From IMG/VR virus record IMGVR_UViG_3300025782_000004: a stretch of 21,408 bases of DNA. The stretch is one strand, 5' to 3'. Each line of letters starts with the position of its first letter. Within the stretch, counting starts at the first letter, position 1. This stretch comes from an uncultured virus (IMG/VR IMGVR_UViG_3300025782_000004). Its lineage: Duplodnaviria > Heunggongvirae > Uroviricota > Caudoviricetes. Shown here piece by piece: positions 1 to 9,300 of this stretch. The position numbers were made by a program, and so were the translations under genes. The notes under the pieces were generated by a model. It did no database searches. It saw nothing but the letters and a program-made list of their open reading frames with translations, and was not told the origin of the DNA.

Positions 1-67
1 GACGTGGCGGAGCATTGGGATCCACAGCCCTTTTCTTTTTAGTGCGATACATGTCAAACATACTCAT
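1..67 (-). CDS. 5' part of hypothetical protein (runs off window edge): MSMFDMYRTKKKRAVDPNAPPR...
   Basis: ATG at 67-65 overlaps the TGA of the cupin gene (ATGA coupling); frame is open to the window edge. Not in the ORF track. Confidence 0.65.
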   Translation of the reverse strand, partial: MSMFDMYRTKKKRAVDPNAPPR

Positions 68-387
68 ACGTAATATTTATCCTGCGGTAAACTAGGCCAT
101 TTAACACATACTGTATCGGTGTCTTCAGTATAGTAACCTTCAGCCCAATCGCCAGGTTCTACTACGCAAACATCTCCTGTGCGATATTCTTCACCATTTA
201 AGATCATGCACCCACGAGTGATCAACTGCATTTCAGTGACTATCTTGTGATAGTGTCGAGGATAGATTGTGCCTGCGGGGTTGGTTTGAAAACACACTTC
301 ATAGTCCGGGGTGCGATGTAGAGCTTCGGGAAAGTCGCCTACAAACCAACCGCGAGCACCACTATCACTCAGCCGGTGTCGCTTCAA
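64..387 (-). CDS. Cupin-barrel (RmlC-like) protein
   Basis: Cupin motifs PRHYHK...E...ITRG and GD.CVVEPG; TTG start preceded by GAGG. Confidence 0.8.
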   Translation of the reverse strand: MKRHRLSDSGARGWFVGDFPEALHRTPDYEVCFQTNPAGTIYPRHYHKIVTEMQLITRGCMILNGEEYRTGDVCVVEPGDWAEGYYTEDTDTVCVKWPSLPQDKYYV

Positions 388-739
388 CTTTAACTTCCTC
401 TGTGGCTTCTTCTTGGGGAATAAACTGCTCTAAGTACGCCATATCCAACTGCGCCATTGTTTGAATAACATACTGTGGATAACCTTCTAAGAAATACTTA
501 AACAAGTCATCAAATGTTTTTTCTGTACCGAACTTGTTGTAAACAACTTTCTTTTCGTTGAGGTTTAGAATAACACCAGCGTATTGGCGGTCCTTGCTAC
601 TCAAACCTTTGGTAAATTCGATACGTTCGTCGTACTGATAGTTATCAGGATTCTTGTTCCATCCTGCTACTTGTGTTTGTACTCCAGCACGTGGCTTTTG
701 TACATAAAATGCGATAAGATGTATGTCTTTAATTTTCAT
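365..739 (-). CDS. Hypothetical protein with acidic C-terminal tail
   Basis: 124-aa ORF, co-oriented and overlapping both neighbours. Confidence 0.8.
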   Translation of the reverse strand: MKIKDIHLIAFYVQKPRAGVQTQVAGWNKNPDNYQYDERIEFTKGLSSKDRQYAGVILNLNEKKVVYNKFGTEKTFDDLFKYFLEGYPQYVIQTMAQLDMAYLEQFIPQEEATEEVKVEATPAE

Positions 740-1421
740 AAATTTCCTTATATTTTTTAATTAAAAATTCTGAGTATGCTTTATTTCCTTCCGGACCGTG
801 ATGCCCGTCCCATCCATATTGACTATAATCTGCTGGCCTGATGTTCAATTTTTGATTGTATGTACCGTAGGTATTGTCAAACAAATTGACGATTTCTTTG
901 TGATTGCTAACTTCTAAATAAAAATCATTTACTAAAGGAAGTGGATTATGTTCTAATGGTTTAGAGCAAAAGTGAAACATAAATTTGCAGTTTGCATATT
1001 TAAAAAATCCATACAGGTTTAAAAGGTTAGAAAGAAATTGCGTTTCTTCAAATTCTCTACTGTAGGTTATGATGTTTTCTTTAGGTGAATCAATTCCAGA
1101 GTGTTTTTTACTTCTCACCCCACGTTCTTTTGGATTGGGATTTTTTTTGTCAGGTGCATTACCTGTTCTAAACTCCGAAGCAAAGAAATCACGGCGTTCA
1201 AGATGTGTAAATCCCAGCAGGAAAAAAACTTCTGTATTTTTATTTTCAATAGCAAATCGTGTGGCATTACGCATAATACCTTCGTTTGATTTTCCAATGT
1301 ATGCATAATTAACAACAGATGATGCATTTACATGGTCACCGAATAGAGACCAGTAACTGTCTTGAGCTTCTACATAATACCAAGGAGTAGTGTAACTGTC
1401 CCCGTCAACATACAGAATCAT
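729..1421 (-). CDS. SGNH/GDSL hydrolase-like protein
   Basis: N-terminal LYVDGDSY (block I Ser), NYAYIGKSN (block II) and C-terminal DGHHGPEGN (DxxH block V). Confidence 0.7.
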   Translation of the reverse strand: MILYVDGDSYTTPWYYVEAQDSYWSLFGDHVNASSVVNYAYIGKSNEGIMRNATRFAIENKNTEVFFLLGFTHLERRDFFASEFRTGNAPDKKNPNPKERGVRSKKHSGIDSPKENIITYSREFEETQFLSNLLNLYGFFKYANCKFMFHFCSKPLEHNPLPLVNDFYLEVSNHKEIVNLFDNTYGTYNQKLNIRPADYSQYGWDGHHGPEGNKAYSEFLIKKYKEIYEN

Positions 1422-2344
1422 TATTGTTCAATCTGTGTTAGTTCTACTAGTGTTGCTGAAAGATTAATTTCTTGATCTGCTACTAAGGGAATGTTCACAA
1501 GGCCCTTGCGTATGGCTAGAATTGCGGCGTCTTGACCTTCTTGTGTTTTTGACCATAGCTCTAAGTTATCATACATCCAGCGGAATACATCATCTGTGGC
1601 ATCTGTATTTGATTGAGCACAAATTACCTTGCGTGCTTCAACAATCTTACCTGCTTTAAACAAAGCTACAGCATCAAGTTTCCAATCCTTGACACCGCGA
1701 TCATTTTCTCCAGGTTGACTTAACGTTCCTGTGGTTGAGTTTGCTTGTAGCAAGTTCAAACATTTGCGTAGATCTGGATATGTTGCTTTGACATACGAGT
1801 CTAAAGTATCGAGATCAAACTCTACTGTTTCGGTCACTAAGATAGTTGCTGCACGTGCAGTAAACTCTGTTACGTCACTTTTATCAATGTGGAAACCTTG
1901 ACAACGACTGTGTAGTGCATCCATGATCTTGTGTGGCAGATTACAGGTCAGGATAAAACGTGCAGACTCTTGATATGTTTCCATTAGGCCACGCATGATA
2001 GCCTGTGCGTTGTGTGTCAGGTAGTCCGCTTCGTCTAGGAGCACCACTTTAAATTTGCCCCACGGCATAGTACTAACAAATCCTTCTACACGACTTTTAA
2101 TAAAATCCACGCCGTTATCACGTGATGCATTGATGTGTAATACATCATATTCTTCAATGGCCAGTTCGTTGATTAAGACCTTAGCTAGTGTGGTCTTACC
2201 TGTACCCGGTGATCCGCTTAATAAGATATGGGGGATAGCACCATCCCGAATCCAAGCATCTACCTGTTCACGTTGATTATTATCAGTAAACACATAATCT
2301 GCTACTGTCTTAGGGCGATATTTCTCTGTCCAAAGTTCTTTCAT
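1421..2344 (-). CDS. Sliding-clamp loader AAA+ subunit (RFC small subunit / T4 gp44-like)
   Basis: LWTEKYRP, Walker A GSPGTGKT, INAS, Walker B LLDEAD, RFILTCN and SRC motifs. Confidence 0.95.
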   Translation of the reverse strand: MKELWTEKYRPKTVADYVFTDNNQREQVDAWIRDGAIPHILLSGSPGTGKTTLAKVLINELAIEEYDVLHINASRDNGVDFIKSRVEGFVSTMPWGKFKVVLLDEADYLTHNAQAIMRGLMETYQESARFILTCNLPHKIMDALHSRCQGFHIDKSDVTEFTARAATILVTETVEFDLDTLDSYVKATYPDLRKCLNLLQANSTTGTLSQPGENDRGVKDWKLDAVALFKAGKIVEARKVICAQSNTDATDDVFRWMYDNLELWSKTQEGQDAAILAIRKGLVNIPLVADQEINLSATLVELTQIEQ

Positions 2345-2532
2345 TCTTTTACCTGTTGTATAATTGATTGTGCTATTGTATTGGCTTTGTCGTCTTGAAT
2401 CGAGTATTGATGTAACCGATCTGCATCATAACGGATACTTTGACTTAATTCGCATTCTCCAACTTCGGCTTCGACTAAACGAGCAATGTCATGCAGTTGA
2501 ATTACTGCATCAACTAGTTTAAGATTTCTCAT
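2341..2532 (-). CDS. Hypothetical protein
   Basis: 63-aa ORF coupled by ATGA overlaps at both ends. Confidence 0.75.
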   Translation of the reverse strand: MRNLKLVDAVIQLHDIARLVEAEVGECELSQSIRYDADRLHQYSIQDDKANTIAQSIIQQVKE

Positions 2533-2669
2533 ACTAGTTCTTCGGCAATACCCAATAACTCTGCACCGGCTAATAGGCCAGCTGCCATTTGGAAATCACA
2601 GTATGCTAAAAAATAACAAGCGGCAATACGTACTAGACTTTTAATAAGACTAACTTTGAGATGGTTCAT
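2529..2669 (-). CDS. Small hydrophobic protein (46 aa, MNHLKVSLIKSLVRIAACYFLAYCDFQMAAGLLAGAELLGIAEELV)
   Basis: Translated by hand; exactly fills the gap, with ATGA overlaps at 2666-2669 and 2529-2532. Below the ORF-track cutoff. Confidence 0.8.
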   Translation of the reverse strand: MNHLKVSLIKSLVRIAACYFLAYCDFQMAAGLLAGAELLGIAEELV

Positions 2670-2869
2670 TTTGTACCTTTGAAAAATTTAATAATATTAT
2701 TGAAACGTGTTTTGAATGTTGTTGATGATATCGTTGCTGGCACATGCGGACAACGTCCTTGGCGCCAAGTACAGGAGTCTGTAATGACCTGGCGACAAAT
2801 ACTGCATTTTGGTGGTTGTTTGATTTTTCCTACTGCTTGAGTAGCTGTACGACTCTGTCCTGTTCCCAT
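2666..2869 (-). CDS. Small Cys-rich protein, possible zinc finger
   Basis: CxxC-x7-C-x6-CxH pattern; TGA coupled to the next ATG; start codon uncertain. Confidence 0.6.
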   Translation of the reverse strand: MGTGQSRTATQAVGKIKQPPKCSICRQVITDSCTWRQGRCPHVPATISSTTFKTRFNNIIKFFKGTK

Positions 2870-3051
2870 TGTTCTTCCCCAGTGAATGTTGGCAAACGAT
2901 TATATTCATCTTCTAGCCAACATTTTAACATATATAATTCTTGTTTACAAGAAGAACTGGTAAAACCGTCATTGTATGGGGATTTTATTTCTGCCAAACT
3001 TTTCATTATGGCAAATTTGGCAGGATGTAGATTGGGTTTTTCAAATCCCAT
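2830..3051 (-). CDS. Hypothetical protein (likely start MGFEKPNL)
   Basis: ATG at 3051 lies 1 nt after the groES stop; the longer ORF-track start overlaps groES. Confidence 0.7.
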   Translation of the reverse strand: MGFEKPNLHPAKFAIMKSLAEIKSPYNDGFTSSSCKQELYMLKCWLEDEYNRLPTFTGEEQWEQDRVVQLLKQ

Positions 3052-3052
3052 A

Positions 3053-3427
3053 TTACCAGCGGTCTTTGGAATCGATTTGGGTAGCGTCCGAAACAGTATC
3101 ATCGCCTGCGGGCTCAACATCAGATACTAGTAGGATATCATTTGGGTCAATACGGCGTAGTGTAAGTTCACCGGTATCGTCCTCAACTTTGACACCGCGT
3201 GTCCAACGACCGTGTGCTACTAGGATCCATTGTCCAACTTGGACATCTTGTTGATCTGGACCAACAGAATATACGTTAGCCCAACGTGGACGGATACCAG
3301 CACCACGTCCATCATCGTTTAACAAATAGATACCACTACTTAGTTTACGTTCTTTAAAATTCATGTCTCGTACCAGCACATGATCGTTTAGTGCCCGTAT
3401 AGTTTTGATTTTAATTGAGTCAAGCAT
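3053..3427 (-). CDS. groES: Co-chaperonin GroES-like (functional analogue of T4 gp31)
   Basis: IRALNDHVLV, mobile loop ending SSGIYL, VYSVGP, VQVGQWIL, DILLV follow the Cpn10 pattern. Confidence 0.85.
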   Translation of the reverse strand: MLDSIKIKTIRALNDHVLVRDMNFKERKLSSGIYLLNDDGRGAGIRPRWANVYSVGPDQQDVQVGQWILVAHGRWTRGVKVEDDTGELTLRRIDPNDILLVSDVEPAGDDTVSDATQIDSKDRW

Positions 3428-3428
3428 G

Positions 3429-3872
3429 TTAGATTCTTCCTGGACCGTTTGATTTCTTTTGTTCTTTTGGTGAAGGCATAGGTTCTTGAGTAACTGTAGT
3501 GGGTTTAGCCACTGAACTTGCTAGACTACCACGTGCAGCAGGCGTAGCTGGTTCGGTGTCTGTTGCTGTTGGTGTAACTGGAACTGTTAAATTATTGGAT
3601 AACTCTGCTAATTTTTGAGCATTACTAGCTTCAATTAAGGCCTGGCGGCGTGCTGTGTTTTCTGGGCTGTTTGGACTATAACCAGCGTCTGGAACAGAGT
3701 AAAGTTGATCCATAATAGCGTTACGGCCTGTAACAACTTGTTTACCTGAACCTAACAAATCGCCTCTAGCATTTACTCGCATGTTTCCCACAGCTACCGC
3801 GGCTTCGTTGGTCAATTTGACCTTGTCCATATCAATGGCTTTGCCCCGGGCGGTTTTGTATATCTTTGTCAT
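3429..3872 (-). CDS. Hypothetical protein with low-complexity Pro/Thr/Ala C-terminus
   Basis: 147-aa ORF with AGGAG RBS; N-terminal YKTARGK...VGNMRVNARGD segment looks ordered. Confidence 0.8.
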   Translation of the reverse strand: MTKIYKTARGKAIDMDKVKLTNEAAVAVGNMRVNARGDLLGSGKQVVTGRNAIMDQLYSVPDAGYSPNSPENTARRQALIEASNAQKLAELSNNLTVPVTPTATDTEPATPAARGSLASSVAKPTTVTQEPMPSPKEQKKSNGPGRI

Positions 3873-3884
3873 TTACTTCTCCTG

Positions 3885-4409
3885 TTATTTTAAAAATTCT
3901 TCAATTGGAAGATCGTAGTACAATGAATTAATTTTATGTACGCCTAACAAGTATAATACATAACTTGCAACACTTGATCCACGGCCTAATCCCCATACTA
4001 CATTATTTAATCTCATTGTATCTACAAAATATTTTAAATATTTCAAAAGATTAAACAGATCTCGTTCTTGATACAATAGTAGCTCTTTACCAACTCTTTG
4101 TAATTCCTCTTCAGTTTTGCACTGATCCAAAATATATTGGGCAATATCTAAAGTTTTGTATTCCTCGGGCATGTACCAATCAGCCTGCTGTGCTTGATCA
4201 AATAATTCAAGGGATATTTCTTCTTTAGCATCTAAAGGAAGATATTTCTTTAATTTTGGTAAATCAGAAAACATTTTGCCGTGGCTAGCATTATATTCTT
4301 CTGGATCATCTACATAAAATAAATTTAGATCCAAGTTGGGATTTTTATACAGTAGGTCGCACAGTTCATCAGTGTTGCAATGAGCTTGTCCGTATTTGTC
4401 GTAATTCAT
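3885..4409 (-). CDS. DNA polymerase III alpha (DnaE)-like fragment; N-terminal part of the palm region only
   Basis: VVWGLGRGSSVASYVLYLLGVHKINSLYYDLPIEEFL matches the DnaE motif VGPGRGSxAGSLVAYxLxITxxDPLxxDLLFERFL; ORF is only 174 aa. Confidence 0.85.
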   Translation of the reverse strand: MNYDKYGQAHCNTDELCDLLYKNPNLDLNLFYVDDPEEYNASHGKMFSDLPKLKKYLPLDAKEEISLELFDQAQQADWYMPEEYKTLDIAQYILDQCKTEEELQRVGKELLLYQERDLFNLLKYLKYFVDTMRLNNVVWGLGRGSSVASYVLYLLGVHKINSLYYDLPIEEFLK

Positions 4410-4657
4410 TGAATGTCAATAATGTTCTTAAAGTTCTTAGAATTTTTTTCTATGGTCTGTTGCATGTCCGCCATGGCCTTTTGATTACGATTGCTGATTT
4501 CTTCCTGATAATCTTGCAATAACATTTGTATTTGACCAACAACGTCTGATCGTCCAAACCGATGAGCTGCATTTAACTGCGAGACCAATTTACCATAATT
4601 GGTATTGAGTTCGTCTTGTGTTAGTTTAGTTAAGTCTGGCGCTAAAGGATGTCCCAT
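4406..4657 (-). CDS. Hypothetical helical/coiled-coil protein
   Basis: 83-aa ORF, GGAG RBS, first gene after the promoter at 4688-4716, ATGA-coupled to the dnaE fragment. Confidence 0.8.
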   Translation of the reverse strand: MGHPLAPDLTKLTQDELNTNYGKLVSQLNAAHRFGRSDVVGQIQMLLQDYQEEISNRNQKAMADMQQTIEKNSKNFKNIIDIQ

Positions 4658-4666
4658 ACATTCTCC

Positions 4667-4712
4667 AAAATAAAACTCCTTACATAATTATATAGCAATT
4701 TGTGTAAGGAGT
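4667..4712 (-). terminator. Stem-loop with U-rich tail ending the structural block
   Basis: Inverted repeat ACTCCTTACA (4675-4684) / TGTAAGGAGT (4703-4712) followed on the minus strand by TTTATTTT. Confidence 0.55.
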
Positions 4713-4716
4713 CAAT
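4688..4716 (-). promoter_or_regulatory. sigma70-type promoter
   Basis: TTGACT-17 bp-TATAAT on the minus strand upstream of the replication/chaperone block. Confidence 0.75.
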
Positions 4717-4733
4717 GAGTTTATGGTTTATTA

Positions 4734-5987
4734 TTACCAAGTGGCTATATTTGCCCGTTTCCAATTATTTGGTCCTAAACAAATATAGATATAATTAGCA
4801 TCATATGAAATTTGTCCAGTTACACCGCCGGCTGTATGGCTAGATGGCACATAGGTGTTTGCAGTGATTACGTTGCTGAAAAACTTAACACTTTGGTCAT
4901 TTTCAATACCAATTGCTTGATTAATTTTATTGGCGCTTTGACCACCGTCATCGGCAGTAAAGAATGCAATGTTACCGCCCAATCCATAGGCTACATTAGA
5001 ACCTGTAGCAAAAAAATCAATACTTGCTACCTGTTGGAATACATTACCAGTTCCTGCAGAACCTGTGTAGGCCAGGCCATTTACATATCCTAGTAAATCA
5101 CCGGAATGAACTGGTTGTATATAACTAGGAGTAATCAAATTACCACGTGCACCTGTTACAGAGTAACCACCAATACTGCCTGTGTCAAACTGTGTATAGG
5201 CCACGTTGGCCAATTGAATATTACCAACAGCAACAGAGTTAAAACTACCTAGTGAGCTAACGCTGTCTTGTCCTTGCTCCAAAGCCATTGCTGTTTGGAA
5301 TCCTGTACCATAGTTGATCATTAGAGTTGAATTGACTTGATCGTTGTAGTACAGTTTGGGATCACGAAGACTTGCACGATTACGTGTAACGTCAAAGATT
5401 AAATAGTCAGCACCACTATTGATTGAACTTATATCAAAAATGTAATTTCCTGGCGCATCAAAAGTAATTTGTTGTGTTGCAACATTGTAGCCAGCAATAT
5501 CAGCAACCGCAATGTCAACGTTTGATGGTAGAGTAATAGTATGGGTTACATTGGTTACAACAATCCACACACGCATGACACCGTAACCAACTGCTCCAGT
5601 ACCTACAGTGGTTGGCCAGTTAATAAAATTTAGTGTAACAGGTCCAGCAGTTGTGATCTTTTGAAAGTTTGCACCAGTATTAGATGCAGTACTACCAAAG
5701 TCTAAGGTTGCAGTACCATTTACTGCTCCTAAATCCAAATAGCTTTGAGTCCAAGCACTTAACTGTGGACGACGGATCTGTGTACCCGCCATATCGTTAT
5801 TCAAAGTTTGACCGTTAAGCGCAGTAGTTACCAGAGCTTTAGTCTGCAGATCTGAGATTTCATTTTCTGCTGCTATAAAGTTGTTTTGTATGTTAGTAAA
5901 GTTATCACGAAAACCCTGACTGGAATTGTCTTGGCCTGCAATCGGGAATGTTCCGTCTACTGAGTATGGGTTAATATTTGATGCCAT
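4734..5987 (-). CDS. Virion structural protein, tail-fibre/baseplate-associated
   Basis: G/T/N/S-rich beta composition; N-terminal PIAGQDN..QGFRDNF plus coiled coil; C-terminal GQISYDANYIYIC...WKR motif typical of fibre ends. Confidence 0.7.
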   Translation of the reverse strand: MASNINPYSVDGTFPIAGQDNSSQGFRDNFTNIQNNFIAAENEISDLQTKALVTTALNGQTLNNDMAGTQIRRPQLSAWTQSYLDLGAVNGTATLDFGSTASNTGANFQKITTAGPVTLNFINWPTTVGTGAVGYGVMRVWIVVTNVTHTITLPSNVDIAVADIAGYNVATQQITFDAPGNYIFDISSINSGADYLIFDVTRNRASLRDPKLYYNDQVNSTLMINYGTGFQTAMALEQGQDSVSSLGSFNSVAVGNIQLANVAYTQFDTGSIGGYSVTGARGNLITPSYIQPVHSGDLLGYVNGLAYTGSAGTGNVFQQVASIDFFATGSNVAYGLGGNIAFFTADDGGQSANKINQAIGIENDQSVKFFSNVITANTYVPSSHTAGGVTGQISYDANYIYICLGPNNWKRANIATW

Positions 5988-5998
5988 TTTTTATCCTG

Positions 5999-6328
5999 TT
6001 AACTTATTACCACATTGCCCCAGCGACCTAGGTGTGAAGTATATGCTTGTACGTTGCCGTAGGTAGTATTATAAACTAACATACCATTGCCTGGTGATGC
6101 AATAGATGATACCTGAGACTGTGTTAGACTAGCTAACTGCACGACAGTTGCAAATACTCCAGTTTGAAGAGTTGCAACATTGGCCTGAAGGGCTGTGATT
6201 TCCGAAGCAGCCTGTGTTAGATTATTTTTTATGTTAGTAAAATTTGTTCTAAAACCCTGTGTGTCATTATCCTGACCTGCGATTGGGTAGGTAATATCAA
6301 TGTTTGTTGGATTGATCAGCGATGTCAT
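5999..6328 (-). CDS. Short structural protein, paralogue of the N-terminus of 4734..5987
   Basis: PIAGQDNDTQGFRTNFTNIKNN...EITALQ, then a short GMLVYNTT..VQAY..W fibre module. Confidence 0.75.
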   Translation of the reverse strand: MTSLINPTNIDITYPIAGQDNDTQGFRTNFTNIKNNLTQAASEITALQANVATLQTGVFATVVQLASLTQSQVSSIASPGNGMLVYNTTYGNVQAYTSHLGRWGNVVIS

Positions 6329-9300
6329 TAATTAAATACTCCATATTGTGGGAATTTAACATATTTATCCTCTGTTCCTGGAGCATAGTAAGTATCTCTA
6401 TTACTAAAGAATTTAGTAGTGCCGCCATTAAACGTAGTTTTAGCAGATCTTGCAACACTAGAATACTGTAGTTTATAAACAGTATACGCAGGAACAGTTT
6501 GTCCAATAACCAATATTGAATTATAGTATAAAATAGCACTTGCATAGGTACCACCAAACAGCACACGAACACGCTGATTGGGTTGTATTTCTTGAACAAA
6601 AACTAAATTTATAATATCATTAATAATATCAACTCGCCACACTCCACCTCGTTCATTGACTGCACTAGTACCCTGAGCCTTTTCTAAATATCCTGGTATA
6701 ACGGTATATTCATCGAATCCTTCACCATCAAAACCTGCATTGTGTCCAGTGTTTATATTTCCTCCACTGTAGGCGTCAATATAATTTACCCAACCGTCAT
6801 ATGGGCCACCGTTAATAAAATTTTCTTGTTGTACAAATATCAGAGTATCACCAGACTGGAAATTAGTAATTCCATCTAAACCGCCATTGGCAATGACATA
6901 TTCAACAGAACGGCCATTGATTTGATCAAATGGTACTCCGAATATACCGTAGTCAACAGTGGCAGTTATGGTTCCAATATTTTGATTTGGTAGTGCATCA
7001 AATGTAGTTTCTCTACCTAAGATATATCTGTCAGTTGCAGTATCGAAGTTAGTGGTGTAGAAATCATCTAACAAGTATCGGTCAACGGTAAATTCAATAT
7101 TATTAAAATTAATACCAGCGTTACGTAGTCTATAAGCAATCAAATTACTTGCACCTGGATTAGTATAGGCCAAGACCACTGCTCGAGTATAACCCAGTGG
7201 ATTGTTAAATGTATTTGCAGTTGATCCAAGTTGGTTACTGGTCATCCATTCTGGTAAACTACTTTGATCATAATATCCCACACCTTCAGCTAATCGATCG
7301 ATCATATTTTGGCTACTGTTGGGGTAAACAATCTTAAAGGTATTACCGGCAGCGTCAACGTAAGGATTAGCAATAGTATTAGTTAAATTAATTTCTAGTG
7401 CTGGACCATTGCCAGCACTATTCAATTCAGGATCAATGACATCAATGTAGATAACTTCATACTTTACCTGATAGTTTTCATCTAGGACCACGGCTGTTTT
7501 TATGTCACCAAAATTATAAGTTTTAGTCCAATGATTTTCTACGATTGCGTTAGCATAGGTAGCTAAATCACTAGGTTTTAATCCTGGTAAGAACAACATG
7601 TCAATGCTTTGTTGTATACCAAACCATGGATCTTCAGGTCTGTAAATTAAGCTAGGAACAAAAATTTCTGTATTTGATACCACACTATTGAATATTTGTC
7701 TTTGATCAAAAGCTGGCATTGCACGTAGATATAAATTGTCGTAGGGTTCTATATCAACAACATCCAGTGTAACTTTAAATTCTTTAGTGGAGCTAACAGA
7801 ACCGTCAGTAGCAGCAACCTGCACAGTAAAATTGTACACACGGTCAATGGTTAATGTATTGTTGTCAAATGTTGTTGCATAGTCGTCAACACTAAATGCT
7901 TCAAAACTTACACGACCTGAAATATCACCGCTAGGCAATAATTCTAATCCCTGTGGTAATCTAATAGGAACATAGGCTTTGTCTAATAGTGTGTAGACTA
8001 ATTCTTTTCCAGCAACGCTAACCGCCTCTACAGCTAATTCGCTTACACTACCATTGACAATAGTACCAAGATCACTTGGAGTTATCCAGTTAATTATATT
8101 ATTAACATCTCCAAGAACGGGTAGGGTGACAAAGTCTGGTGTGCTATAATATGTTTGTCCGTTAACAGTTTTGCTAACTAACACCCCAAATTGATAGGTT
8201 TTATATGCTTCAGTCTGAGTAGACAATTGACCATATATCCAACCTGTGCTAGAATCTAAAGCTAGTCCGGGCAAGTTTGAAATGGCCACGTTTGCGCTGT
8301 TATAACTGTCAAAGCCAACACCACCACGATTTTGATCAATCGGAGTTAAATCTTCAGTCGGGGATCCGTTGGTACCAGTACCGCCATAATCAAAACCGTT
8401 GTCGTAGCCTACAACCTGTGTATCAAAAGTTCCTATACTGTTAAACACTGAATAGGTAAGTGTGGCATTTTGAAAATCGTAACCATCAAATTTAAACGCA
8501 TAGTAACTACCAGCACGTCCTGTTGGTAATGTACTGACGTTGGCATTAAGTATTACTGGCAGATAAACGTTACCACTGTCAGCAGTTAGATAAGAATTAT
8601 CAACTGTAGTTTGACTATTGTCTGCACTAAAACTATTACGAGCGGTTACGTTAAGAATGTAATTTTGTAAATTATAGTTAACGCCGTCAAACGCTCGAAT
8701 AGTAAAATTGTAACTAGCAGATTGATTTACCTCAGTGAAATCATATGGTGCTAGGCTGTTGTAATCATATTCTTGTAACTCAGTACCGGATGCTATGTAT
8801 TGACTAGCTGTTCCAGTACCAGTACCGGCGCCTGTGGCTGTAAAGATTGTACCTAGATTATTATTTGTCGCACCAATTAGAGTAAAATCTGTTGTTCCTA
8901 CAGTTTGTATCTGATAGTTTATTCCAGTAACAAATTTACCAGCAGGTATCACTATGTTGTATAGAGCTACTGTACCAGTGCCGGTTCCAGCACCTGTGGC
9001 ATAAAAAATTTGACCCACTTTATTAATACTTGCACCTACCAAAGTAAAATCTGTAGATCCAAGACTGGTAATTTGATATACTACATTGGCAGTTAATGCA
9101 CCAGCAGTGATAACGCTGACCTGTGCTGAACCATCATAGCCAGCTGGCCCAAATTGCCCAACCAATTGATTTGGCTGTATGTATCCACTGAGTAAACCTG
9201 TAGAACTTAGGGTAATTCCTGGAGGTAAAGATCCAACGTTTGACCAAGTTATACTTACGTTAGGATTTAGTTCGTTAACCACTAACTGTTGTTGATAGTA

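Noticed and set aside
4..11. GTGGCGGA on the plus strand matching the repeat core
   Set aside because: Only 8 bp, in the opposite orientation, and explained by Ala-Pro-Pro codons of the edge gene.
3885..4409. Split intein or intron at the end of the dnaE fragment
   Set aside because: No intein N-terminal block follows the polymerase motif, and only 12 nt separate it from the next gene.
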